NCBI GenBank assembly: GCA_963706595.1
Contig: OY970166.1
Coordinates: forward strand, 2,112,001-2,176,000
Reading direction: 5' to 3'
DNA from: an uncultured cyanobacterium
GTDB taxonomy: Bacteria > Cyanobacteriota > Cyanobacteriia > Cyanobacteriales > Nostocaceae
Length of the DNA stretch: 64,000 bases
Below are positions 17,146-27,789 of this stretch, piece after piece. The notes beneath the pieces were generated by a model that saw only the letters and a list, made by a program, of their open reading frames with translations, searched no databases and was not told the DNA's origin. A program made the position numbers and the translations under genes. Position 1 is the stretch's first letter, and every line of letters begins with the position of its first letter.

Positions 17146-18021
17146 ATGAAGTTTATAGACTGGGCTACTAGAGTATTACTGATTTCCCTGATGTTGACCA
17201 CACTAATGATAGTTTTGTCCCTGGGAAGAATACAAAGCAATAAAATAACTTCTCATTCCGAAATTGCCGATATAACTACAGACTGGAGTCAATATCCACA
17301 AGCAGAATTACAATCATCAAACAGCCCAGAGGATGAGCCACCAGAAGATTTACCCGCGCCTTCAGTCACCACTAATCAAAGTGCTGGGAGATACAAAACT
17401 ACAGAAGCTTTTGCCAAGTACACACCCCGATATGAAATCGCCTCAGTACACCCCAGCAACTATGGAGAACGCTATTCTCAAGACGTTAATGGCTTACCTC
17501 TGAACAATCAACCAATTATTGTGCTTCATGAAACAGCAGAATCTGCTGATAGTGCTGTGAATTTTTTTAACACACTCAACGAAGATGATAGTGTGCAAGC
17601 AAGTTATCATGCTTTAATTAAACTAGATGGCACAATTGTTTATTTAGTCCCCCCAGATAAACGAGCTTATGGGGCAGCTAATTCGGTTTTTGCTAGTCCC
17701 AATGGTGTTGAAACTGTGACTACTAATCCTAATTTAGCATCCTCTGTGAATAATTTTGCTTATCACGTTTCTTTAGAAACACCACCAGACGGACGGGGAA
17801 ATAATTTTCTTAAGTCTCATAGTGGTTATACAGAGGTACAATACAATTCTCTAGCTTGGTTAATTGCTCAAAGTCAAGTTCCAGACTATCGCATTACTAC
17901 CCATCAAGCTGTAGATCGTTCTGGTCAAAAAATTGACCCCATTAGTTTTGATGGTAATAAATTTTTACGCTTACTTCATACCTATCGTCAGATTAATCCC
18001 AGCTATGAGGCTCAAAATTAA
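17146..18021 (+). CDS. N-acetylmuramoyl-L-alanine amidase (Amidase_2)
   Basis: N-terminal TM; IVLHET, SYHALI, RAYGA, ITTH..VD Zn-binding motifs. Confidence 0.85.
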   Translation: MKFIDWATRVLLISLMLTTLMIVLSLGRIQSNKITSHSEIADITTDWSQYPQAELQSSNSPEDEPPEDLPAPSVTTNQSAGRYKTTEAFAKYTPRYEIASVHPSNYGERYSQDVNGLPLNNQPIIVLHETAESADSAVNFFNTLNEDDSVQASYHALIKLDGTIVYLVPPDKRAYGAANSVFASPNGVETVTTNPNLASSVNNFAYHVSLETPPDGRGNNFLKSHSGYTEVQYNSLAWLIAQSQVPDYRITTHQAVDRSGQKIDPISFDGNKFLRLLHTYRQINPSYEAQN

Positions 18022-18042
18022 AAGCGCTTTTGTGCAATCGTT

Positions 18043-18070
18043 GTAGAGAGGTTCCATGGAACGTCTCTAC
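18043..18070. repeat. Small dispersed GTAG palindrome (family also at 51124-51150, 61267-61291, 63537-63564)
   Basis: GTAGAGACGTTCCATGGAACGTCTCTAC-type palindrome; perfect at 63537-63564. Confidence 0.85.
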
Positions 18071-18109
18071 ATTCTTTGACTTTTGAATTTTGACTTCCGC
18101 ACAGCGCCG

Positions 18110-19882
18110 CTAGCCCCTGGTAAAGCTATAAATTTGCTGAGTTTCTAAGCGATCGCATATCGTCGAAGGTACAATATCCAAAGAAAAATTCTGTCTGTCT
18201 AGTTGAACCTGCAAGTTACTCAAGGGGTCACTACCAGGAGAAATCAGAAATTCTAACTTCTCAACATCAGGTAAAGTTACCAGATGATCGAGAATTTGGA
18301 AAATTGCTTGCAGGTAAGGATGACCATTCTGTTTATACCAATCACTATCAGCAACATTTGCTTGATCAAAACCCAAGTGTACTGTTAATGATGGTTGAGC
18401 AAACAAAGCCAACCCCAAGGGACGCGCTTCTTCTTGTAGCAATAAATGATTATTTTTAGCTAAATTCCGTAATTTCTCTAAACGTTCATAGCGTTGGGTG
18501 ACTAATTCCGGCTCCTCTTGCCAATTAATTGCTACAGTAACCAAGTAAGTCTGTAACAGCATGTGACCTAGCTTTTGGGCTTTGGTTGCTAAATAATAAG
18601 AATTGTAATCGTTAGCTTCAATTAATAACGGTAAGCGGTCAACTACTTCTAAACCATAACCCTTGAGTCCGGCTATTTTACGAGGATTATTCGTAATTAG
18701 GCGAATTTTTTTTACACCCAAATCCATGAGCATTTGCGCCCCCATACCATAATCGCGCAAGTCTGCCGGAAATCCTAAGCGCTCGTTAGCCTCTACCGTA
18801 TCTAGTCCCATATCCTGCAAAGAATAGGCTTTGAGTTTATTAATTAAGCCGATTCCCCGCCCTTCTTGACGCAGATACACTACGACACCTTGACCCGCAG
18901 CTTCAATCATTTTTAATGCTGATGTTAGCTGCATCCGACAGTCGCAACGCAAAGAACCCAAAGCGTCACCAGTTAAACATTCGGAGTGCATCCGCACCAT
19001 CACCGGCTCATCTTTAAAATTAGCCGGATCACCCTTGACAATGGCAACGTGTTCTGTATTATCCAGAGTATGGCGATAGCCGTAAATATTAAACTGACCA
19101 AACTGGCTAGGTAGCTTGGTGACTATCTCACGATAGATCAAGCGGTCATGTTGCAGACGATAACTAATTAAATCGGCAATACTAATAATTTTAAGATTGT
19201 GATGTTGAGCATACAAGATTAATTCGGGCAACCGCGCCATTGAACCATTGGGGTTTTGAATTTCACAAATTACCCCGGCTGGATATAGCCCTGCTAATCG
19301 CGATAAATCAACAGCCGCTTCTGTATGTCCCGCCCGTTTGAGTACGCCTCCCAACCTGGCACGAATCGGGAAAATATGACCAGGACGACGTAAATCTGTA
19401 GGTTTTGTCGCTGGGTTGAGGGTAACTTGAATAGTGCGGGCGCGGTCTTCGGCAGAAATTCCCGTAGAAACACCCAACTCAGGTCCAGCATCAATACTAA
19501 CTGTAAATGCAGTTTGGTTAGTATCGGTGATGTTAGTCACCATTAATGGTAAATCTAATTCATCCAAGCGATCGCCTGTCATCGCCAGACAAATTAGCCC
19601 TCTAGCTTGCACCGCCATGAAATTAATCATATCCGGTGTGGCAAACTGGGCAGCACAGATTAAATCGCCTTCATTTTCTCGATTTTCATCATCTACCACC
19701 ACAATGACACGACCCGCTTTTAAGTCTGCCAAAGCAGCATCAATAGAATCAAATTTAAAGGCTGGGGTTGAGGAGGCAGCGCTATCAGTTTTTTCCCCTA
19801 CGGTCGGAGTTACACCCGTGCGGGTGTCTTCCCCATTCCAGGGAGTAGATTCAGACTGTCGTGTAGGCTTAGGCTTTGACAC
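18110..19882 (-). CDS. ribBA: Bifunctional DHBP synthase / GTP cyclohydrolase II
   Basis: DDENRENEGDL, RAGHTEA, RMHSECLTGD, RCDC, QEGRGIG. Confidence 0.95.
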   Translation of the reverse strand: MSKPKPTRQSESTPWNGEDTRTGVTPTVGEKTDSAASSTPAFKFDSIDAALADLKAGRVIVVVDDENRENEGDLICAAQFATPDMINFMAVQARGLICLAMTGDRLDELDLPLMVTNITDTNQTAFTVSIDAGPELGVSTGISAEDRARTIQVTLNPATKPTDLRRPGHIFPIRARLGGVLKRAGHTEAAVDLSRLAGLYPAGVICEIQNPNGSMARLPELILYAQHHNLKIISIADLISYRLQHDRLIYREIVTKLPSQFGQFNIYGYRHTLDNTEHVAIVKGDPANFKDEPVMVRMHSECLTGDALGSLRCDCRMQLTSALKMIEAAGQGVVVYLRQEGRGIGLINKLKAYSLQDMGLDTVEANERLGFPADLRDYGMGAQMLMDLGVKKIRLITNNPRKIAGLKGYGLEVVDRLPLLIEANDYNSYYLATKAQKLGHMLLQTYLVTVAINWQEEPELVTQRYERLEKLRNLAKNNHLLLQEEARPLGLALFAQPSLTVHLGFDQANVADSDWYKQNGHPYLQAIFQILDHLVTLPDVEKLEFLISPGSDPLSNLQVQLDRQNFSLDIVPSTICDRLETQQIYSFTRG

Positions 19883-20224
19883 AGAAAATTTCCAGCTACC
19901 AAAAGTTAATTTTTTTTACAATTTCTTATTTTAAATTGTAGCTCGTTTATGTAAGACAGAAGTAGACTAACATTGATTTGATCAGTTAACTGCAACACCG
20001 AAAGGCTCAAATCCCCGAATTATCCCCAAAGTTAGGGATTTATGGGGGAAAATTTCCCCAGGAATGCGGATTTAATAAAATACACTAACCTGTATGATTA
20101 GCAACCACCAGGGGATATTTAGACGCAATTTAATGGTGGGGTGAGGTTAAAAACCAAAATTTGTATGTTATTTAAATCATATTCCCAACTCAATTAACCA
20201 AAAACGGATAAGGATTTCATAACT

Positions 20225-21283
20225 ATGGGTGATTTTAGACGCGTACCAGTTGGAATTGTTGGCGCGTCAGGCTATGGCGGAGTGCAACTAGTTAGATTAC
20301 TGATGGAACATCCAGAAGTTGAACTAGTTTATTTAGGCGGTGAGAGTAGTGCAGGTAAATCCTTTGGAGACCTCTACCCTCATCTGGCTCATCTCGTTAA
20401 TTTGCCAATCGAAGCAGTAGATGCAGAAGTAATTGCTCACCGTTGTGAAGTAGTATTTCTCTCGCTACCAAATGGGCTGGCTTGCCAAATTGCCCCGATA
20501 TTGTGTGAAAAAGGCTGTAAAGTCCTCGATTTGAGTGCCGACTATCGATTTAGCGATTTGACGACTTACACTAATTGGTATGGTACTCAAAGAAGCGATC
20601 GCACAACCGCCGCTACAGCAGTATATGGTTTACCGGAATTGTACCGCGATCGCATTGCCGAAGCCCAGTTAGTGGGCTGTCCTGGTTGTTACCCCACCGC
20701 CAGCCTTTTAGCCCTTTCGCCCCTACTTAAGCAAGGCTTAATCGTCCCCGAAACCGCCATTATCGATGCCAAATCAGGCACATCAGGCGGCGGAAGACAA
20801 GGCAAAGTTAACTTATTACTAGCAGAGGCTGATAACTCATTAGGAGCTTATGGTGTTAGTCGTCACCGACACACCCCGGAAATTGAGCAGATTTGTAGTG
20901 ATTTAGCCGGACACGAAGTCACAGTTCAATTTACCCCCCATCTGATTCCAATGGTGCGGGGGATTTTAGCCACAGTATATGCCACACTCCGCGATCCCGG
21001 ATTAGTGCGAGATGACTTAATTACAATTTATTCAGCCTTCTATCGCCACGCCCCTTGGGTGAGAATCTGCAACAGTGGCATTTATCCTCAAACCAAGTGG
21101 GCGTGTGGTAGTAATCTTTGTTACATCGGTGTAGAAGTTGACCCGCGCACAGGTCGAGTCATAGTCATGTCAGCCATTGACAACCTGATTAAAGGACAGG
21201 CGGGACAAGCAATACAATGTTTGAACCTGATGATGGGCTGGGATGAAACCTTGGGTTTACCCAAAGTCGGATTTTATCCATAA
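20225..21283 (+). CDS. argC: N-acetyl-gamma-glutamyl-phosphate reductase
   Basis: [24 protein letters not shown]. Confidence 0.97.
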   Translation: MGDFRRVPVGIVGASGYGGVQLVRLLMEHPEVELVYLGGESSAGKSFGDLYPHLAHLVNLPIEAVDAEVIAHRCEVVFLSLPNGLACQIAPILCEKGCKVLDLSADYRFSDLTTYTNWYGTQRSDRTTAATAVYGLPELYRDRIAEAQLVGCPGCYPTASLLALSPLLKQGLIVPETAIIDAKSGTSGGGRQGKVNLLLAEADNSLGAYGVSRHRHTPEIEQICSDLAGHEVTVQFTPHLIPMVRGILATVYATLRDPGLVRDDLITIYSAFYRHAPWVRICNSGIYPQTKWACGSNLCYIGVEVDPRTGRVIVMSAIDNLIKGQAGQAIQCLNLMMGWDETLGLPKVGFYP

Positions 21284-21292
21284 TCGGAGAAT

Positions 21293-21352
21293 GGGGACTG
21301 GGTACTGGAAAAATACTTCCCCCCTGCTCCCTGCTCCCTGCCCCCCTGCCTC
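21293..21352. repeat. STRR-like short tandem repeats between convergent genes
   Basis: GGGGACT/GGGTACT and CCCTGCT units. Confidence 0.6.
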
Positions 21353-21354
21353 TT

Positions 21355-22695
<1,341 letters not shown>

Positions 22696-22882
22696 TTAGT
22701 CATAACCCAATCGTTAGTTTATGTGTTTCCGGCGCTAAATCGCCTGAGATTAAAGAAGATTTCCAATAGATGACGGTGGAAGTTGCTTGACTGGGTAAGA
22801 AGTAAAACACAGATGACTATGGGCTACATCTGCTATAAAAGCTATTTACGTTATAATTTCCTTAAAATCCGAGAGATTATTT

Positions 22883-23113
22883 ATGAACAAAGAAAGTATT
22901 ACAGCCATAATTCATACGGGTGATGATTTTGGTTATGTGGCTGAATGTATAGAAATTTCTGTTGTTACTCAAGGGGATAGTTTGGATGAAGTTGTGAAAA
23001 ATTGTACTGATGCAGTTTTTCTGCATTTGGAAGGGGAAAATCCCGAAGATTTTGGATTAATTGAGCATCCCGCTATTCGCTTTGTTTTTGAACTCCAGCC
23101 GACTTATGCCTAA
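22883..23113 (+). CDS. hicB: HicB family antitoxin
   Basis: YVAEC.E..VVTQGDSLDE. Confidence 0.8.
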   Translation: MNKESITAIIHTGDDFGYVAECIEISVVTQGDSLDEVVKNCTDAVFLHLEGENPEDFGLIEHPAIRFVFELQPTYA

Positions 23114-23345
23114 GTTAAGAAGATTATCAGCACAGGAAGTAATTGATATTTTAAATCAATTTGGTTTTGAGATTATTAGCCAAAAAGGCAGTCATATTAA
23201 ATTGCGGAGATTAAGCGAAACAGGAAAAGAAACATTAACAATACCTAATCATAAACAATTAGATTTAGGGACTTGTCGGGCCATTTTTCGCCAAGCTAGT
23301 AAATATATTCCTGAATCAGATTTATATGCTCATTTTTATGAATAA
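23106..23345 (+). CDS. hicA: HicA family toxin
   Basis: MPKLRRLS, SQKGSHIKL, TIPNH; ATG at 23106. Confidence 0.88.
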   Translation: MPKLRRLSAQEVIDILNQFGFEIISQKGSHIKLRRLSETGKETLTIPNHKQLDLGTCRAIFRQASKYIPESDLYAHFYE

Positions 23346-23391
23346 GAGATATATTTATGTTATGATTTCCTGGAAATTCTAGGGATTATTT

Positions 23392-23475
23392 ATGAATACA
23401 TTAGAAATTCGGCAACAAATTCAAGAATATGTTGATCAACTGTCACCAGAAAAATTATTAGTTGCTGTTGATTAA
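23392..23475 (+). pseudogene. Truncated antitoxin-like ORF (27 aa)
   Basis: MNTLEIRQQIQEYVDQLSPEKLLVAVD*; its leader is a diverged copy of the hicB leader. Confidence 0.55.
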
Positions 23476-23527
23476 ATCCCAGAAATTATTGCTTAATACA
23501 GTAGAAATTTGTCTTGTCTGGCGCAGC

Positions 23528-24868
23528 TTATCTAATTCTCAAATACTCTCTAAACACAGGAGATAAATTAAACAAAACTTTGTCTTTTACAGTTGTTGTC
23601 AGTAAATAACGTTGTTTTAAAGATTGCAAACCATTAATTAATTCCATTGATGATATGTCTAAGTTTTGTTTCATCTCTTCTCTTGACACAGGTTGATTAA
23701 ATTTACTTAATTCTAAAACAATTTGTTGTTCTATGGATGATAATCTGTTAAATAATTGACTAAAATAAAGTTGCATATTTTTGGTAACAACTAGGTTATT
23801 TTCAGCTAAGAAGTCATTAACATAACCATCAAAGATATCTTTTATTAAAAAAGCAATATCTTTTAAATAAATAGGATTACTTTCATATAAATCACTCAAA
23901 TTTAACCAGCTATCCTCATTTCTCAAACCCAGAGTTTTTAAAATTTCAACATTCTGTAAACCGGATAATTCTAAATATTTAATCGGAGATAATTCTTCAT
24001 CAGCAAATTCCATGTCTGCACATTTTTCTTGACTGATTAAAATCAAACTACTTTGATGTTCTATTTCTGTTATCATGGTAAAAAGGTTTTGATAATTTTT
24101 ATATTCAGTTTGATAACTTCCGGCAAATTTACCACTAGCAAAAATATTTTCCAGATCATCAATAATAATTAAACATTTTTTTTCAGTCAGAAAATCTAAT
24201 AATTGTCTTAATTTATCATCTGTGCTTTCTTTGCTTTCTTGTTCAGCAATCTTTAATAAATCATCAATGAATAAATCTAGCGACTTAGGTAATTTTAAAC
24301 TTCTCCAGATAATTACCTCAAATTGTTTTAAGTTTAAATCAATAAATTTTTTAACTAAAGTAGTTTTACCAATTCCATTTAATCCTAATACTGAGACTAT
24401 ACGCGTATTTTTATTTAATATCCAATTATCTAAAATTTCTAATTCTTTTTCTCTTTCGTAAAAACGAATAATTTGAGGAGATGATTTTAGATCATGTTTA
24501 AAGGATTCTTGATTATTATTTGGTTTCTCATTTTTATTCACTTGCGGATATGATGGACAAAAATTCAAATTAATATTCTTATTTTGTTGAATAACAATAG
24601 GTGAAGATGTTAGCTTTAATCGTGACAAAGTAGAGCGAAAATTATTTTTATGAATATCTTGATCTAAATGGTTAGAAAAAATGCGCCAAAGTTTATAACC
24701 TATATTCCTAATATGACTTTCACTACAATGAGAGTTATCAGCAATTTTATCATAGGTTTTACCCTCCCATACTCCCTTAATTACTGTTTCCTGAATATCA
24801 TCTAAATGCTTTCCCGTGTCCGCAAATACCAAATTATCAGCAATCTCTAAAACTTCTGTTATATCCAT
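23528..24868 (-). CDS. HTH + NB-ARC/STAND ATPase without C-terminal repeats
   Basis: N-terminal HTH (GKTYDKIA..CSESHIR), Walker A GLNGIGKT, Walker B LIIIDD, F.LSPVFREY. Confidence 0.8.
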   Translation of the reverse strand: MDITEVLEIADNLVFADTGKHLDDIQETVIKGVWEGKTYDKIADNSHCSESHIRNIGYKLWRIFSNHLDQDIHKNNFRSTLSRLKLTSSPIVIQQNKNINLNFCPSYPQVNKNEKPNNNQESFKHDLKSSPQIIRFYEREKELEILDNWILNKNTRIVSVLGLNGIGKTTLVKKFIDLNLKQFEVIIWRSLKLPKSLDLFIDDLLKIAEQESKESTDDKLRQLLDFLTEKKCLIIIDDLENIFASGKFAGSYQTEYKNYQNLFTMITEIEHQSSLILISQEKCADMEFADEELSPIKYLELSGLQNVEILKTLGLRNEDSWLNLSDLYESNPIYLKDIAFLIKDIFDGYVNDFLAENNLVVTKNMQLYFSQLFNRLSSIEQQIVLELSKFNQPVSREEMKQNLDISSMELINGLQSLKQRYLLTTTVKDKVLFNLSPVFREYLRIR

Positions 24869-25163
24869 AAAAATATATATGATGAGAATTAAGTTATCAA
24901 TTGTATCAAATTTCTTAAATAAAATCCTACATTTTATGACAATTTATTTTAAATTGCATTAAAAAAATTAAAGATAAAATAAGATATTTTTAGATCACTT
25001 AGTATTTAAGATTTCGTTATAATTTAGACACCGTAGTAAAATATGTCAAATTTTGAGTGAACAAATAAACATATTTTCTAAATAATGCAAATTTAACTTC
25101 TGGAGATGTCTGATAATTTTACTATCTGACATCTCCTAATATTTCGTGAGTTAATCTCTATTT

Positions 25164-25667
25164 ATGAACAAGGAAAATTTATCTGTTTGGAATCCATTTA
25201 TACCCACTGAAAGAGATATAACTCGTAATAGTGAATTAGCTCAAAAAAATGAAATTATAGCAGGAGTTTTAAGTTTTATATTCTTTCCTGCTGGATTAAT
25301 TTATTTAAACAGAGCAATTAATCCACTTAAAATTTTCGGTTATACCATTATTTTGGGTGTTTTAGTTAATGTGGGTTCATCTTCAAATACTGAAGAAAAT
25401 TCTACTAATTTTATTTCCCTTTTAGGTATAAGTGCGATTACAGCAGAACAAGTAATTGCTGTCAAGTCTGCACGTCAAAGACTAGGAGGAAAAACAACAT
25501 CATTACCAAATTCTAATTTTGATAATTCAGTTCCATCTGCTTTGAGTTATAAAACAGATGACAAAGCAGTTAAATTGCTTAAAGAACTGAAGGAAAAATA
25601 TGAAGCAAATGAAATTTCTGAAGAAGAATTTAAACTTCAGAAACAAAAAATTCTTGATTCTCTCTAG
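25164..25667 (+). CDS. Membrane protein with C-terminal SHOCT domain
   Basis: TM segments; LKELKEKYEANEISEEEFKLQKQKIL. Confidence 0.7.
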   Translation: MNKENLSVWNPFIPTERDITRNSELAQKNEIIAGVLSFIFFPAGLIYLNRAINPLKIFGYTIILGVLVNVGSSSNTEENSTNFISLLGISAITAEQVIAVKSARQRLGGKTTSLPNSNFDNSVPSALSYKTDDKAVKLLKELKEKYEANEISEEEFKLQKQKILDSL

Positions 25668-25705
25668 TACATAGCAAAAAAATTAATTATCAGGAGACTC
25701 TAATC

Positions 25706-26248
25706 ATGGCTAACTTTTTTAAAAATCTTACTCAAACTCTTGGTGAAGGACTAGCTGAAGCTTCAACTAAAAGCTCTGTTGATTCTCAGAGACAAAGCGA
25801 AATTAATAACTTAGAAACTCAAATCAAAGCAATTGAAATTAAGTTGGAAAAACAATATACTTTACTAGGTCAATTAGTAGCAGATAATTTGCGTAAAGCT
25901 GAATCCATTAGTAATGAAGCTGTAGCAAAATTATTCAATCCGATTAAAAAACTAGATGGAGAGAAATTGGAAACTTTAGAAAAAATTAAGGAATTAAAAG
26001 CTAAACAAGCTGAACAAGATAAAGCAGAGGATTTATTGCGGATAAAGAAAGAAGTTGAAGCGGGATTGAAGAAGTTAGAGGAACTTAAATCTTTAGAAGT
26101 TATTGATGAGGAAGAGTTTGAAATTGCTCAAGTTAAATTAAATAAAAAAGTCAATAATTTTGAGAAATTGTATAATTTGAAAATTGCCCGTGAGCGGGGT
26201 TTAATTAATGAACCAGAGTATACTCAAAGAAAAGCTTCACTTGAGTAG
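25706..26248 (+). CDS. Coiled-coil protein with two SHOCT-like motifs
   Basis: LEELKSLEVIDEEEF and ARERGLINEPEYTQRKASL. Confidence 0.65.
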   Translation: MANFFKNLTQTLGEGLAEASTKSSVDSQRQSEINNLETQIKAIEIKLEKQYTLLGQLVADNLRKAESISNEAVAKLFNPIKKLDGEKLETLEKIKELKAKQAEQDKAEDLLRIKKEVEAGLKKLEELKSLEVIDEEEFEIAQVKLNKKVNNFEKLYNLKIARERGLINEPEYTQRKASLE

Positions 26249-26480
26249 ATTAGCCGTGTAAGCTACATTAAAGTTTTAAGTTTTAAGTAGGGGGTTAGCA
26301 TTTTTAAACCCCTATTTTGACATTTATTACCCAAAATGCAGGATAAAATTGGCAAATTGTATAAATTAATAGTTTATGATAGGCTTGTTAGTTAGAGCAA
26401 TTACTGGCTTTATGCAGAGCGATCGCTGAAAGCAAAAATTTTTAATGGCATCAATTATTTATTTTCAATAAAAAAGTATC

Positions 26481-26816
26481 TCAAGCTACAGAAAAATCTG
26501 TAAATTGCCGATATTCAGGACGAAGAAATCCTAAAATAATATCATCCTTTTCTACTCCTAATTCCAATAACTCCTCAGTTATCCCTCTTTCTGTACCATC
26601 CCATTCAATGCAGATTTTACCATCAATAATTCGCAGATGAAATACAACTGCATGAACCCTATCCGTTGTATCCCAACCTGTATCCATTAATAAATAATTA
26701 TCAGATTCTTGATCACAAATACATAAACCCTCAATCTTACCATGACTAGGTTTATATTGAGCGTGTTTTTTTACAATGCTAACTAGAATTTGTCTGTATT
26801 GTTCTAATTTATCCAT
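26481..26816 (-). CDS. xisI: XisI family protein
   Basis: MDKLEQYRQI, GW, DGKI.IE.DGTE.GI.EELLELGV.K.DIILGF. Confidence 0.9.
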   Translation of the reverse strand: MDKLEQYRQILVSIVKKHAQYKPSHGKIEGLCICDQESDNYLLMDTGWDTTDRVHAVVFHLRIIDGKICIEWDGTERGITEELLELGVEKDDIILGFLRPEYRQFTDFSVA

Positions 26817-26930
26817 TGTAGAATTACCTCCTCAATTGGATCGAAAATCATGTAATTAATCTGTTGTTGGTAACTCAAAATATGTTCTAACTTTTACAAA
26901 CAGAATTCGCAATAGTTAAGCAGATAGAAG
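26804..26930 (-). pseudogene. xisH: Degraded 3' remnant of xisH
   Basis: Minus strand reads QQINYMIFDPIEEVILQWIN* overlapping the xisI start; upstream part has stops/indels and no start. Confidence 0.65.
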
Positions 26931-27001
26931 CACACCTAGACGCTGTTGATGTGTAAATCGCTGATGGGAGATAAAATAGAATAATTAAAGAGAAGGTGAA
27001 T

Positions 27002-27436
27002 ATGCGATTACTACATACCATGCTACGGGTCGGCAACTTGGACGAGTCTTTAAAATTTTACTGTGATGTCCTGGGGATGAAATTATTGCGGAGAAAAGAC
27101 TATCCAGGTGGAGAATTTACCTTGGCGTTTATCGGCTATGGTGACGAAAGTGATCACAGCGTGATCGAACTAACTTATAACTGGGGAGTTGAAAAATACG
27201 ACTTGGGTAACGCTTACGGTCATATTGCCCTTGGTGTTGATGATATTTATACCACCTGTGCAGAAATTACAAAGCTGGGTGGTAAAGTGACGCGGGAACC
27301 AGGTCCAATGAAACACGGTTCGACAGTCATTGCTTTTGTGGAAGATCCAGATGGGTATAAAGTGGAACTGATTCAACTGAAAAATCAAAGTTCAGCAGCA
27401 AAACCAGAATCAGCAGAACAACTGGTCAACAAATAA
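27002..27436 (+). CDS. gloA: Lactoylglutathione lyase
   Basis: [33 protein letters not shown]. Confidence 0.95.
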   Translation: MRLLHTMLRVGNLDESLKFYCDVLGMKLLRRKDYPGGEFTLAFIGYGDESDHSVIELTYNWGVEKYDLGNAYGHIALGVDDIYTTCAEITKLGGKVTREPGPMKHGSTVIAFVEDPDGYKVELIQLKNQSSAAKPESAEQLVNK

Positions 27437-27789
27437 GATATCTGACAAGATTACCAGACTTGATGATTTCCTTGTGGAACAGGCATCTTGCCTGTTCTGG
27501 GAAGTCCAGAAGGAAGAACTACATCCAATCTGGCAAAGTTCCCGCATAACGATATTTTAGTTCTAAATTAGATATATGAACAATCCCACATTGCCACCGC
27601 AGATACAAGCTGATACATATTGTTAATCTTTGGATAATGTTTTGGAGGGTGGATACTGGCAAAATACCAAAATGAGCTAAAACTATTCTCATCTGCACCT
27701 AGTGACAGGATCGCGTCTGATATTTCTACGTGATTCCCATCCTCATCCTGGCAACTTTTCTAAAAATCCTAAATCTAAAATCCTTAAAA

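Noticed and set aside
26481..26930. fdxN-type excision element
   Set aside because: No XisF serine recombinase and no interrupted nif/fdxN gene nearby.
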